Shown in pieces: positions 17,241 through 31,200 of a stretch of DNA of 64,000 nt (position 1 is the stretch's first letter; each line of letters begins with the position of its first letter). The position numbers and the translations under genes are program-made. A model generated the notes under the pieces. The model had not been told where the DNA came from. It was given only the letters and a program-made list of their open reading frames with translations, and made no database searches. The DNA is from Camelus dromedarius (Eukaryota), in NCBI RefSeq assembly GCF_036321535.1, contig NC_087451.1, forward strand, positions 42,222,001 through 42,286,000, in the 5' to 3' direction.

Positions 17241-19799
17241 GGCCCGTCCCGCTGTCGTGGTACCAGTGAGCGTGGGGGTGGGGGCTGGTGCTTTGCAAAG
17301 AGGCACTTAGTGGGGAGGGGGGCCTCCAACTGCAAGGGAGAAATCAGAAGTACTGGGTTAGTCCAAAGACTGTCACGCAGTGAGCCCTTCTTAAAGCACA
17401 GGTCACTCCCTCTGCCCTCCCTGATGACCTGGCTGACAGCCTCCCCCACCCAACTCCCTGCCCTCTCCCCTAGAAGTTTGGACAAGAGCCTTAACTAGGC
17501 TGAACCACACGTCTCTGCCCTCCAACCATCTGACGGTAGAGAGAAAAGTGGTCTTCCGACTTCAGGCTCACAGTTCTGAGCAAACACACTGACCTGCCAA
17601 TCCCAAATGTGTACATTCACATATGCGCGTGCACACACGCAGGAGAGGAATGGGCATATGCCAGCCTGGTGACAGTTAAGTCAACAGGCAACCTGGGGTA
17701 CCAAAAAATTGCTTAAGAAGACACTTGGATCTAGCTCAACAATGAACTTGCAGTCTGATAGCCAGGATCATAGCCCACCTCTGTGCAAAGCCAGAGTGGG
17801 TGGTGAGACTGACCAGGGCACAGGGAGTCCTAGCAGAAAGAGCCTCAGACAAGAGACAGGTGCGGGGCCAGCCTCGTGGGCACTCAGGAACCAGGGCCTG
17901 GCCAGGTGCGAGTTGTTATCAAAACAGCCATTTTGTCCTGCCATCTCCAGAAGGACTGACCGACTTTCTCAGTCTGAGGCTGGACTGTGCACTGGAATCA
18001 AAGCCTCATTTCACTCCCTCATCCCGAGCCGCTTCCCCTGGCTCTCTCATTTCTGATGGGCCAGAAGCCTCACACAAATTAAAAAACCAAACACACACAA
18101 CACCAAACACATACCACAGCCAGCTAGCTCTGCTGGCAGTCAGAACAGCTGCCAGATTTCCCTTTTAAACAGAGACCTCAGTTCCATTCTCCGCTAGCAG
18201 AAGCAGAGGGTGACGCAGAAGGAGAACCAGGGGGAGGGGTGGGAGGGCGGGGACGAACTCGGGTACCAAGACCTGCTCCCCCAGCAGCGGTGTTCCAGCA
18301 CTGACATCTTATTCACTTGGTTAGTGATAGCTTTGGAGGCACAAACTTTTTCTTTTTTTAAAGTTTTGGAACGTCAAAGAATGAGAAGCCTATCTCCAGG
18401 AGCCTCCAGAAGACTCACACTAAAAGGTATCAGAACAAACACAGAATGTTTTATAAACGAGCACTGTAAGTATCATGTCCTAAACACTGAACCTAAGCTG
18501 GGAGGAAAAGGTTTTGAGGAGAATGCCCTTCACAGAATGGAGTCTACACGGGGAGGGTCTTTGGAGCTGGTGTCCAAGGACAGCCTCGACCTGGCCCTGA
18601 GCGCGGGGAGCGTGTTCCCTGACGGTCAGAGGACAGGGTGTGAATGAAGAGGGGGATGTGTGTGGGAAGCAATGGTCTGTGCTCATGCAAGAAGCGGGCA
18701 CAAAGGGCTTGCTTTGTGCAACCTCAAATCGTTTCTTCACGTCCAAGTTCTCCCAGCAACTCATTTAAAAAGTGAGCTTCAGGAAGAGTGATTCACTAAC
18801 CAGGAACAACAGTTTCCTTTCTGGATAGCACTAAAGGAAAAGAGGCTTGAAGTGGGGGCCACCTCTGCCCCGAGAGGACAAGGAAGGAAATATGGGGGAG
18901 GAATCTCAATTAGTGACCAGAAATGCCAGTTTGGAAATATTTTATAGTTTAAGATGCTTTCTCTTTGCAGCCCAGTCAGTGACGCTGGCCAGGCTCTACA
19001 CCACGGCTCTCGAGGCGACGTCTGTGCTTTGGACTTCTCTGCTGCCCTCCTCTCAACACTCCAGATAAACAGGGAATTTCGAGAGCGCTCACCAAATGAA
19101 ATGACTTTCAGAGACAGCTAGCATTTACTGAACAACCACACAACCATCACCTCCTTTAAGCCTGAAACCCATCTCCCATTTTTCAGATAAGTAGCGTGCC
19201 ACTCAGGTGTTAAGCACCCTGCTCAAGGCCATCCAGCCCATGGTGACCAAGCCTGAACACCCACCGATCCCCCTGCTGTGGGAAGAACCACGGAGGCAAC
19301 GCCCACCCTCTGTCTTTGGTTTCAGGCTGCTGGGTGAATGAAACTCTCTTTTTGTGGCAGCAGCTTTCCTGGCCCAGCAAGGGCTGGCTCCGGCTGACAG
19401 TCACAGTGATCTTGTAGTCGCTGAGTAATCCCGCCAGTGGGAGGAGACACCCAGGGCCAGGCTGGGTGACAGCAACAGAGGGACACCACAGTGGAATTAC
19501 AGGTTGGTTATTACTAGGAATCCACATGACACATAGTCTTGGCCAGGTAACAGAGTGTGGCTTGGGCAATGGAGAGGGAGGTAGGAACAAGCGGGGAGAG
19601 GGGAACAGAAGATGAGGACCCTGGTTCCAAGAAAACCAAAGCAGCCAGGGCTGAGAGCGACTGGGGTGGGGCACCCACAAGTCAAGGAAAATAGAGGTAA
19701 CATCTAAATCTTGTCCCTATCAAACCAGTGGGCTTCCAAACCTGCCCAGACAGAACTTGACTTTTCTAACAAGCCAGAAGGAGAGACAAATAACTCCAA

Positions 19800-19910
19800 T
19801 GCTGTGGTTCTCAACCCTGTCTGCATGACAAAATCACCTGTGCAGCCAGGCCCTGGAGGTTCCAATGAAGGTTTGGAGAAGAGCCTGGCATCTGCATTTT
19901 TTAAAGCGCT
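19800..19910. mobile_element. MER5-like hAT DNA transposon remnant
   Basis: GTGGTTCTCAACCCTGTCTGCATGACAAAATCACCTG...GGCATCTGCATTTTTTAAAG resembles MER5A. Confidence 0.5.
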
Positions 19911-20884
19911 GCAACTGCTCTGCCTGGCACAAACTGGCTGGTGCCATGTTCTGCCTGGATGCTGGGACCGCCTTCCAGAGACACCCGGGCAGGCACACAC
20001 AGCATTTTTTTTTTTTAAATGGCCTGTTGCCTCGTGGTTTTCCTGGCCCTGCTTGGTGATCACATGAGCAGAGGTGTTGAACCTGCCTGGACAATAAAGC
20101 ACGGAGGAAGCTGATACTGCTGTGAAGGGCACACGGAGACATGGGGGTGCCTAAGACAGGCAAAGGCCACCCCCAGAGCCCCAGAAAGCTTTATGCCCTC
20201 CCCCCCAAGACTGGGAAATTGGAGATGTACCCTCCATCTCAGCAGGCTTGGTAAAGGTGAATTCACTGAACTGGCCTGCTGTCTGGGGGAGGGAATCCCA
20301 CTGTGAGAATCTTCCCTCCTGAACCAGCAGCTAGAATTGCCCACAGGTGCAGTCAAGTGATGGAATTTTAACTGAAAATGGCACAGTAGAAGTCTTCTTT
20401 CAGACAAAAATCCAATTCTCTTTAAGAGTTAAAGTTGTGGTCAAAGTTTCTTGCACGATACAGAATAGACCAAAAAAAAAATTTTTTTTTAAACCAGTTT
20501 CTCCAGCACCAGGAAAATCTAGGAGTGGGATGAATTTCCTCCTGGATATGTTCATGAAGCTGCTGAAATGGGTAGCACTTCAGACCCTAGCAAGGGCCTC
20601 TCCTTGCACACTCCAAATCAGAACCCTGGTTTGTTCAGAGGCCATGAGAACCAGCAACACTCCCAACCCCACATCCTCACGGGAAATGGGAGAGAATGTG
20701 AGGATGGAGCACCCTACGCCTTTCCTCACAGGGCACATGCAAGAGCAGAAGGCATCCGAGCTCTGAAACATTCTGGTCCAGGAACAGGCATAACAGGCAC
20801 GTGCCCCGGCCTCTCTGGGGCCACAGAGGGAGACACAGAGGCAAAAAAAGCAGGGTGCTGCTCTTCCTCGCTCCAGGCACTACA

Positions 20885-21030
20885 GCTCAGTGGGTCTCAA
20901 ACTTCTTTCCATTAGAATCACCAGGGGCGTTTAGAAAATAAGCCTGACCAACTGAACTAGAGTCTCTAGCGGTGGAGTCTAGAGATCAACATTTTAAATA
21001 AGTGACCCAAGTGATTCTACATGGCTGTTT
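20885..21030. mobile_element. MER5-like hAT DNA transposon remnant
   Basis: CAGTGGGTCTCAAACTT...TTAGAATCACCAGGGG...TGACCCAAGTGATTCT resembles MER5A. Confidence 0.55.
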
Positions 21031-21914
21031 TAAGCAGAAGAGCTGCAGCCGACACAGGAAGGAGGGAGGGACGCGAGAGACAGATCTGGGCACTCCAGAG
21101 ATCAGCACTGTGGACAATACAGGTGGATCAGGCTGGGGGTGAGGGCTGGCCCCTGGCTTCACTCACACCTGAAGCTTTCTCCAGGATACCCCAGCTGCTG
21201 CTGGAATGTCGCCCCTCCCCCAGCCTCCTCTAGAAATTACCACCTTTCAATTCTCTAATCCATGAAGTCACCCACTTCACACACTCTGTCCTTTCTGGTA
21301 AAGAGTGAGCAATTCCAGCTGATGGGTGTCTCTCGTGCTTCCTGTTTGCTTCAGAGACTTCCTCTGGCTGACAGTCCCAGCACAGCGTGGAGAGTGAGCT
21401 GATTAGGGAAACCAATCAGATTTTGTTTTGGCCAGAGGCTGGGCCGAGACACTAGACTTGCTCACTCAAGGTTGGCCTGCGGGGGAGAGGTGCTGACAAC
21501 CCAGTGGCCCTGTTCAGGGCCCCCTGGAGGTGGTTCTGGCCAGTGACTCTTCAGCTACACTTCACTCTGGATAAAAGCATCCCCAAATATTCAGCACTGT
21601 GAGAGCTGGGCAAGAGGACAGGAGAAGCAACTTGTTAGCTTAAAGAGAACAAAAGAACAAATTAAGGGGCATAGGAGAGCTCATAAGGTGGAAGACATTA
21701 AAAAGCTCAGATCAGATTTACCCATAGACTCAAGAACACAGCTCCTTCTCAAAGGCAAAAACCACCACTTTCGGCACCCAGGACCAGAGGGCAGGCTCAC
21801 AGCAAGACCACCCAGGCCTCTAGCAGGCTGCAGACTCAGCACAAAGAAGAACTGGAAACAGCACAAGCCAAGAGCCACATGCGGTACCCACACCCTTTCC
21901 CAGCACAACTAGCA

Positions 21915-22135
21915 GGTCAGGACTTGGGAGACCAAACTGGGTTTGGTTAAAGCCTGGCTCCACTGTTTATTAGCTCAGTGACCTTGGCCAAGGCCAACAA
22001 GTGACCGCTGTCTGCTTCAGTCCCTTATCTACAAAATGGTACTATTCAACACCAATCACATAGGGTTATTGTAAAGGTTAAATGAAACAATGCATGGTGT
22101 GCATGGCACGGTATTTGAAGGTGAAGTTCTAACGA
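21915..22135 (+). mobile_element. MIR SINE
   Basis: GTGACCTTGGCCAAG...CTTATCTACAAAATGG...GGTTATTGTAAAGGTTAAATGAAACAATGCATG. Confidence 0.7.
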
Positions 22136-25100
22136 ATGGTAGGGTTGTTCTACTACGAAGAGTCTGACTCACTAGTTTTCAAAGCTCAAAACTCCTCTTT
22201 ACAATTGCAGAGGAGATGAAGGTGAGGCAAGGGGACCTGCCCAAGGTCACAGCCAGGTGGTGGCAGAGCCCAAGCCCAGGGCTCATAACCCCAGCAAGGC
22301 TCCCCTAACCGGGGTTAGAAAACCCAAGAATATTAATAATGTCATTACATCCACTAAGAATAAGGGGGCCACTACCTTTATGTATGCTTTCATAAAATAT
22401 AGCTTTTAACTATGGAAAAAGGAGTTTGTACCTTTTCAAATTTAAAAAACACACTGCTGGATGGAAAAGTTCTATATCTTGATTTGGGGGGTAGATCAGA
22501 GTAAAGACAATCAAGAAGATGATGCCTAAATTAGAAGAGGACCAAAAGAGAACAAAGCTACCCAAACAAATAAGAGGCAAGCTAGCAGGATTCAGCACAA
22601 ATGTGACTGCTGCATATATATTACGAATATATTTATTGTTTGTACTTAACTGTGGGCTAAAGAATTTTAAAGTGGTTTAAAGCCTCGTGATAGTAAGAAG
22701 AGAAGCCGATGCTTACGTCTTTTCAGTGGGGAGAAAGGTTACAGCGGTGTGATGCTCTGCTCTCCCCAACCAGTCCAGAGAGTATCTGCAGAGGGAAAGG
22801 GGTTTAGGAGTGGAATTAAAGAGAAGGGTGTCTTCCCATGGGACCAGGACTAGGGAATTGCCATGCAGAGGGCCCATGTCTCACCTGGAGAGTGTAACAG
22901 AAGCCAGTAGCTTAACAGCCCAGGTTGAGATTTGAGAAGAATGCTGATGGGGTGTGTCGGGCCAGGGCTGGGCTCCTCATCCCACTAGTAAGTAGGGGCT
23001 GAGGGGAGATGGCAACAAAAGAGAAAGGGGATGCTGCCTTTACACAGCCACAGCAAGATGACTTCCTTTCCACAGAAAGGGAGGCACATCATCCCAGAGG
23101 GGAACTCAGAGTGAGCGGGGTCCCCTAACACTGGGACAGGCCCTTGAATCTGCCCCAGCCCACCCAACTCCCTTTACTGGGAGCAGTTCCATTTCACTCC
23201 CCTTTCAACGATTAAGAGCCTTCTGGGGCTGAGTGCCTATACTCCTGCACCACAGGGAGGCCCTGATGGAGTCTCCAGAGCCACAACTGAGGCCACTCCA
23301 CTAACACCTGCCAGAGTGGCCAGTGTGCAGGGACACCAAGAGACGCAAACCCTGGATACACAGGACTTCACCACTGTGAACCTGGAGCCGTGCCAGGAGC
23401 AGCCAGGACAGAGCACAGCTGCTCCTGCAGTGTTCTCCCTTGTGCGGGAAGACCTGCAGTGTCACTCAGCACAGATGCCGGGCGGAAATGGGTGGAGGTC
23501 ACCCTGGAGGGACAGACCCCCGGCTCCCTGGGGCCCTGCCCCAGCAAGAACACCAAGAACTCCTTTCCTGATCTCCAAGATGCTTTCTCAGCTCTCGATA
23601 ACAGATGGGCTCCCTGGAGAGGCGGAGAGAAGCAGAGTCAGCGCTAACTTTCGGGCCAAGGATGGAAACCTCCAGGCCCCCTCTTCCTGTGCTCACGGGG
23701 AGGAAGGCTGCTGTGGGGCTGGGGGGCAGGGGGCGAACTCCCTGGATCTGCTGACACAGACTGGCCGGTGTGGTCGCCTGGACCATCTGTGGGCAGGCCC
23801 CAGGGTCCAGGGGCAGCTCTACGACTCTCATTCACTGGCCCACTGGCCAGAGAGGAGCTGGGCGCTTGGGTGGCACCAGGCAAGGCTCATCCTGCCAACT
23901 GATTCTAAGAGGTGCTAGGGGCCCTTGGCCCCGCCACTGTCATTCCTAAGAAACTATTGTCCGGAAGAGGGCCTGGCCTCCAACTCAGCACGCCTCAGCC
24001 AGCAAGGCTGTGACAGACTCTCTGGCCCCACAGAGGGTAGCCCGCTAAGAGGCCTTAAGCAAAAGCTCCATTTGAAGTCTGGCACTTTCTGTGGCACAAA
24101 TCCACACATGCGTCCAAGGACAGGGCATGGAGGAGATGGGACCAAGGCTGTGTGGTAAACTCCCGCCCAAACCCCACCCAGCTCTTCACCTGCCAGTGCC
24201 AGCTGGAATGCAAAGGAGAGAGCCAGCCAAGGCCCAGCTTCTCCCCTGGTCCCAACCTATACCTGCCATGGTCCCCAGGATGGAGCATGAGTCAAGGGGA
24301 AGCCAGCCAGAATGGGTGTAGAACACCAGCTGCCCCACAGGCCTCACAATTACTCTGTGTGTGATTTGCAGTTACTATTTACTTAGACTGTTCCAACTGG
24401 GACCTCAACAATGCAGGGCCCATCTTCCCCTCTGTCTTGAGGTCTCAGCAAGGGCCAGGAGTACCAGCCAGGACAGCTGCTGCCCCAAGGCCCAGAAAGA
24501 TGCCAAGAACCTCTGTTGAAAGGCAGGGTCATCAGCAGCACCTGTTCATCGAGCTACTCTTACCAACAACTGACATCTCTCACAAACCCTTCCTGTCTTT
24601 ACATAAAAAACAACAAAAACAAAAAGCCAGTTTAAGTCACTGCCTCTTTGTTTTGCCCTCAGCTTCTAAACAGAGGGCAGAGGGCAGAGGTCATGTTTCA
24701 GAGAAGAGCAGGGAAAAGAGAATCAGGTATCAGATCTAGCAAACCAAATTCCTTTTGCTCAGACACCACACACACTACCGTCAGAGGCTGCGCAATGAAC
24801 ATGAAACAAGGTCAAAGTTTCCACTGTGGGATCTGAGGGATGATGGCTGCTCTCAGGAGCCTAGGGGTCAAGGAACGATGTTTTAGGCTGACTTTTTCTT
24901 TCTCAATTTTTGTCGAACAGAATGTAGAAGGGCACTGAGTGAGGAAATCAGGCAATGTACAGGTCTTAACAGGTTTCAATGAATGAATCACTCAACTACT
25001 TCATGGCCCCAAACTTTCACGACTGTCGTAGGTGGCAAGAGGTTGGAGAATGTGGGGGCTTGAGAATGAGAAAGAGAGAAACTAAGGGCATTGTTGCAGG

Positions 25101-25379
25101 TGAGAAGGATCATGCTACAAAATTCTCAAAGGCTGACTACGGGTTTCCCTTTGTTTTAACAGCACACAGCATCAAACCTGACACACAGTAAGTGCTCATA
25201 AATGTGGTGAACCCAGCCTGCAATGCAGGCCCGGCCTGGTTGTTTGGCAAGTGAATGGGGTAGTGGAAGGCTTCAATGCACATCTACCTGCCAGGCAGTT
25301 CCAGTCCCCTGACAGAGCCACAGCCCCATGGAAGAGACTCCTCACCACCCCAGATGGGACCTCTTAGGTTCCTTCTGCA

Positions 25380-25600
25380 TAGAGGTTAAGAGCACATGTG
25401 CTGGAGTCAGGCAAACTTCAGCTCAAGTCTTGGAGCCACCACTTCCTAGGGTGACTCTGTGTTGTGTCACTGACCCACCTCCTCACATGTAAAATAGAGA
25501 GGTTAGTACCACCCATCTCCCAGGGTTGCTGGGAAGGGAACGCACAGAAGACTCTCAGCAAAGGGCCTTGGCTCAGAGCGAGCTCTCAGTAAGCATTCAA
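25380..25600 (+). mobile_element. MIR SINE
   Basis: GTTAAGAGCACATGTGCTGGAGTCAGGC...CTCACATGTAAAATAGAG...CAGGGTTGCTGGGAAG. Confidence 0.65.
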
Positions 25601-25754
25601 GGGTGGAGAAGCCCCTGCCCCTCCAAGTCCCTATTAAGTGGATTCCACGATGGAACGTTCAAAGACTATTTATTCATGCATTGCTTTTGCTTCAGTTGCC
25701 CTGAACCCCGTCCGTCAGTGCCCCCCATTTGGAGAGAATGTGGAATAGGACAAC

Positions 25755-25991
25755 TACTACGGTCTGAATGTTTGTGCCCCTCTCTCAAATGCCTTGTTGA
25801 AATGCTAATCCCCACTGTGATGGTATTTGGAGGTGGGGCCTTTGGGAGGAGAGGCCATGACGGCAGAGCCCTCAAGACTGGGATACATGCCCTTTTAAAA
25901 GAGGCTCCTGAGAGCTCCCTTGCCCCTTCCATCATGCGAGGACACAGCAAGAAGTTTGCAGTCTGGAAGTCGGCAGTCGGCAACCCGGAAG
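25755..25991 (+). mobile_element. MLT1A-type MaLR solo LTR (5' part; runs into the gap)
   Basis: TACTACGGTCTGAATGTTTGTGCCCC...GATGGTATTTGGAGGTGGGGCCTTTGGGAGG...CATGCGAGGACACAGC matches the MLT1 LTR pattern. Confidence 0.8.
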
Positions 25992-26144
25992 NNNNNNNNN
26001 NNNNNNNNNNNNNNNNNNNNNNNNNNNNNNNNNNNNNNNNNNNNNNNNNNNNNNNNNNNNNNNNNNNNNNNNNNNNNNNNNNNNNNNNNNNNNNNNNNNN
26101 NNNNNNNNNNNNNNNNNNNNNNNNNNNNNNNNNNNNNNNNNNNN
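25992..26144. other. Assembly gap (153 N)
   Basis: Run of N. Confidence 1.
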
Positions 26145-27289
26145 CTAGAAAAAGGACCAGATCACAGCTGATGTCCTAACAACAACCATAACCTTGTATT
26201 CTCTGGAGACTGGCTTCCAAAGCCACAAGAATGGAAGGTGGGGAGGATCAACACCATCCAGAAAAATCAACATTGAGTTAAAGCCCCCAACCAGGCAAAC
26301 CATAGACTCTTGGGGGAAAAAAAAAAAAAAAGCCCCACAACACAAAGCATCTTAAAGCCCAAATGCTGCTCCTTCCATCTCAAAGCCTCTTTCAGGAAAG
26401 GGAAGAAGTAGTTCAGCTGTGGAGGGGGGGAGGGGACAGGACTAGGACAGCTGACAAAGACATCAGAGTTCCTTTTAAAAAACCAGGCTGTGACTGCTAG
26501 AGGTTTGGAAATTGGTGTCATTAATCACCACAGCCTTCGGAGCAGCTAAGAGAGCAATTTGATGACTAGGACAGCAGCCAGGGTTAGGGAGGCCACCCAC
26601 ACCCTCCCCCATGCCTGGAATGCTTCTGACAGAACCACCTGAAGGGGACACACACGGAGCTATGAATAGAAGGCCAGAGGCTTGTAAACCAACTCCTGTT
26701 AACATCCCAAGTTAGTGTTTCCAGCAGTGCTCAAGTTACACATCTTCAGAGAGATGACAGTACAATGGAAGGATTTAAGCTACTCAATGATTCAGGATCA
26801 CAGCTCAAAGTGACAGCCTGCCCTGAGCCTGCCTGGAGCCATAAACCCTGCGCAGCCCTCCCCAGGCGGTGGTCTCTTTTTGAATGGCAGCAAAAGAATG
26901 CTGGCCAGGACCACATGGACTCTCCTAAAAGACCCAGAGTCCTGGAAGGTATGGATAAAGGACTTAGCACCCGAAATACAGGACGATTATGTCATCTTCC
27001 CAACTGGACAGTAAACTCCAGAGTAAATACCAAATCTAATCATTTTTGCATCACTTGAAAGCCTCAGGCAGGGGCAGAAGTATGGAGAAGCAAAAGCCTG
27101 CTGCTGGGGTCAGCTCTCAGGACTCTCCCGGTGTGGATTTCCCTGGTACACCTCCACCTTACCTACCTCTGGAAGCTGCAGCGACTATGACTACCCATCA
27201 AAGAGAGAAACGACTTGAACCTGTCCACATGACTCCATACCAACATACTTCAGAGGAAGTGTTTGCTACAAAAGGAGTGGCCCTGGGTA

Positions 27290-28235
27290 GACAGCTGATT
27301 CTAGGACCAGGGCGGGAAATATACAAGGTAAGCCTGGAGTATCCTGTAGTGCCCAAAAGTAAGAAGTGCTAACAAAAATGAAGACTCAAAAGCCCCTAAA
27401 TGATGGGGGTAGGCCAAAAGAGCTCCCAGTGACCAAGCTGGAACAATTTGAACAGGAAAATACAATGGTATTAGATTATAAACCAAAGTGTAAAATAAAC
27501 ACCCACAAGTCCATACTGATAAAGAAAAAAAATTGACTAAATAAATGGGGAGAATAGACAAATCTTTCATGTACAAGAATTCCAAATAACTCATGTAGAT
27601 ACTCTGCCTTCAAGGAGAGAAGCATAACTCCCCCCTCCTTAAGTGTGGACCACACAGAGGGCCTTCCTTCCAAGGACAGCGTGAAAGGGGGAGGGGAGAC
27701 GGTAACTTTACAGTGGAGGGAGAGCCTGACAAACATCATGTCAACCGGGTGACCAAGGCAATGCTGAGTCATGGCGACAGTACGCACCTTTGATATGATA
27801 GGGTAAGGATGTCACTTTACCCCTCTGGTCTTCCTTCCAAAAACCCACAGCCCCAGCATAACCATGAGAAAAACATTAAACAAATTTCAACTGAAAGGCA
27901 AGCTATAAAATGTCTGACAGCACTCCTCCAAACTATCAAGGTCATCAAAAACAAGGAAGGTCTAAGAAACTGTCACAGCCAAGAGGAGCCTAAGGAGACA
28001 TGACAACTAAACGAAACGTGGTGTCCTGGATGGGATCCAGGAACAGAAAAAGGACACTAGGTAAAAACTAAGGAAATCAGAATAAAGTATGGACTTCAGT
28101 TAGTAATAATGTATCATAATTGGTTCATTAATGTACAATACTAATATAAGATGTTAGTCACAGTGGAAACTGGGTGTGGGGGATTGTGGAGAAAACTCTA
28201 CCTTCACAATTTTTCTGAAATAGTTTTTTTTTTAA
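27290..28235 (+). mobile_element. L1MC-type LINE-1 3'UTR fragment (about 0.95 kb)
   Basis: Diagnostic blocks include AAGCCTGGAGTATCCTGTAGTGCC, AGAATTCCAAATAACTCATGTAGATACTC, GTCATCAAAAACAAGGAAGGTCTAAGAAACTGTCACAGCCAAGAGGAGCCTAAGGAGACATGAC and GGATCCAGGAACAGAAAAAGGACA. Confidence 0.85.
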
Positions 28236-31200
28236 AGGCAGTGGCTCATCTTGTGACAAAACGAGATCCAAGGAGCCTGGTTACTTTATAGTCCGGTTCA
28301 CAGAGACAAGTTAACTTTACATGAGGCTGGGCTGAGGGGTGTGCCAGGAGGGGGTTGGTGGGATCCACATCAATAGTCTCAAGGTCAGCGAGGATAACAC
28401 TCAAATTTCGCAGGCACAGGGCAGGGGAGTTTCACGGCCATCCCTGTGGACTATACAAGGGAGGGCTGCTCTCACTGCTCACGGTCTAAACTGCTGCTGG
28501 CACCACCTTCTTAAGCCCACCCTCACTCAAGAATGAGCCCTGTGCAGATGTGCCAAGTAGTGCCCAGGGACCAGCGCTGAGTTCACGTCCACAGACCCTG
28601 GCCAAGTCCTGACCTAGGGCCAGTGCTGCCTCACCACACACAGCTGCAGAGGCACAGTGGCCAGGTACACATGCACTGGAAGGTGGTCAACAGGACTGCG
28701 GGTGGCCAAAGTTGTGCCTGCGTTCCCCATGAAACCCGGCACTAGACGCTGGACATGGAGCTTTGGAGAGCTCTACCCTCTGGAAATTTAGTTGGTGACC
28801 TGTCTCTGCCCCCTCTATCGTCTGTACTGTAACATTCATCCTGTTTACCTGTGTGCTCTCTTATCTGTGAGCAACTTTGTGGAGGATGGACAAAGAAATG
28901 GCCCAGGCTTTGGGACCAGATGGATGTTGAATGTGAATCCCAGGTTCACCACATCCAAGCCGTGTGACCTCAGGAAGCGCATGTTAGAGGAAATGGGCCA
29001 GCATCTGCTTCAAGGGCAGGTGTGAATGTCTGCCCTTTCCTTTGATAACCACAGTGGGAGCGCCTACCATGCTTGGTGCCACAAGAGAACTGGATGTGGA
29101 GATAAGATAGGACAAGATCTGTGCCCCCTCGAGGCTCATACACTAGACAAGGAGGCAGACAAGGAGCAGAGACAGGAAAGCACAGGGAAGAGAAAAGCCC
29201 TCACCCTACTTCCACAAAGGGAAGGCTTCAAAGAGGAAGTGACATTCCAACTGAGCCTTGAGAGTAAAGCTGGGAGATGCTGCTCCTAGGCAGGTGAGGT
29301 GAAGAGCCTTCTAGGCAGAGGGAAGAACACACAGTTAGCCCAGGGACAGGGCAAGGAGGGATCCAAGCACAGATTTTCCGTTCTGACCCATGCTCTGCCA
29401 CTCACTAGGGAATTCCCCACCAGAACCTGGGGACTGAACGCATTACCTTCCTCCCGGGGTTATTGTGAGGATTAAAGGAGTCAGTACACGTGAAGGGCTC
29501 AAGAGAATGCCTGGTACATAGTAATCAAAGCTCAAAAAGTTTAGCTTTTATTCGTATTGTTGTTCCTATACACAGGAGATGGGGACACTTACTCTGAAAA
29601 TTAATATTTTATAGTACCAAGTTATTAATGCAGAAGACTCCTGAAGAAATACTCCAGCTCTCCTCTGCCAAGGCTCTTGAAAGAAGCTATTACCTGGATT
29701 GGGGCACATCCTAGTTTACAAATCCTACGTGAATCAGTTCTTCTCCAATGGCCCCAACAAAAATACCTCTGACTCAAGTCAGGGGAGAGAAAATGCAAAA
29801 CCACATGAATCTGGGAATCGAACCCAAAGCAGCCTGCTGCAACCAAAATATTGTCCTCAAGTTTCCTGTTTTAGCTTAAATTGATGCAAACTTTGCATCC
29901 CAATCTATAATAAATCCGGGATTGTTTTAGTATGAAAATGGTTAAAACTGAGTAAGACTGAAGTGCCTAGAAGATGCAAAGACCTCACTAGTCTATGACT
30001 CTGATTATCCACTGGGTCTGAGAACCCTAGTGGGAGTAGCACAATCATAGTCTTAGCATTCTCTTCTGTAAAATGGGAATACAACCCACATCAATTCTGT
30101 TCACCACCCATGAAACCAGACAACATGAGAAACCACGCAGCAAAGCACCAGGTGTCACAGTGACAACTGGCAGAAATGTGAATGAGAATTCCAGGGATGA
30201 ATTACATGCTATGTACCTTCAATACTCCATGCACCTTGTGAGTATCTATTCTGTGCCAGGGGATGGACTAGCTTCTTTATCCTTTGTTTCTAATTCGGCA
30301 AGATAGTTTGTATCCCCATTTTAGTGGAAGAGAGGCTCAGAGAGGTTAAGTAACAAGCCCAAGGCTAAGAAACTGGTAAATGGGGGGCTCCAGATGACAG
30401 CTCAGGTCTGGTTGACTCCAAAGCTCTCGTGCCTCCCACCCCACTGCTTCTCTGTTTACCATGCAAGGATTAGAGGAAGAAGGGTCTTCCTAAGATGTAC
30501 TTACTTGGTGGGGCTGGAATTAAAATTTCTGACCCTCCTCTGTATTGCCATGGAAATTCTAGTGAAAGGAGCCCCTGGTGGAGAGCCATGTTCTTCCCAC
30601 CTGCAAGCAGCAGGCAGCATCAAGGGGGAACCAGGGGACAAGACAAAGGCCAGCTCTGAGCCCTTCACCCTGCCCAGAGGGACCCCTGAGTCCAACCACT
30701 TTTACTTTCATTTTCTAGCCACCATGACTTTCAGGTTCCCAAGAAATTAATGGCATGCAGATGTTAGCAAATTCTAGGGCCCTGAAGAGTACTGACTTGG
30801 TCCCTAGAGGCAGAGGAGAAAGAGGACAAGGGGGGGGGGGGCGGAAGCAGAGGAGTGCCCATGCTGAGGAGGAATGGTACAGGGGCTGCACTTGGGCCAC
30901 TGCCTGCTTACCCGCATGTTCATTCCTTCCACAAACAGACCAAAGGACAGCCCGCTATTCGGGAAGAGGCGGCACATCTAATTCCAAATTCCAAGCCCCG
31001 GCTCTACCATTTTCTAACTGTATGATCTAAGGAAAGCTACTTAAATTCCTTTAGCATCATCTCCAAAGTGGAGATACAATTCCCACTATCTCCCAGGACT
31101 CTAGTGAGGAACATGTGTGAAACGAACCTGGCAATTTTAAAATAATTTATAAAAATAAGTTGTCATCAACTTTCTATACGATAAAGCCAGAAAAAGGCCC

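Noticed and set aside
23316-23918. Cluster of overlapping 80-200 aa ORFs in RAB5C intron 1
   Set aside because: GC-rich sequence with non-ATG starts, no family resemblance, and no poly(A)/TSD signature of a retrocopy. A tBLASTx search would be needed to revive it.
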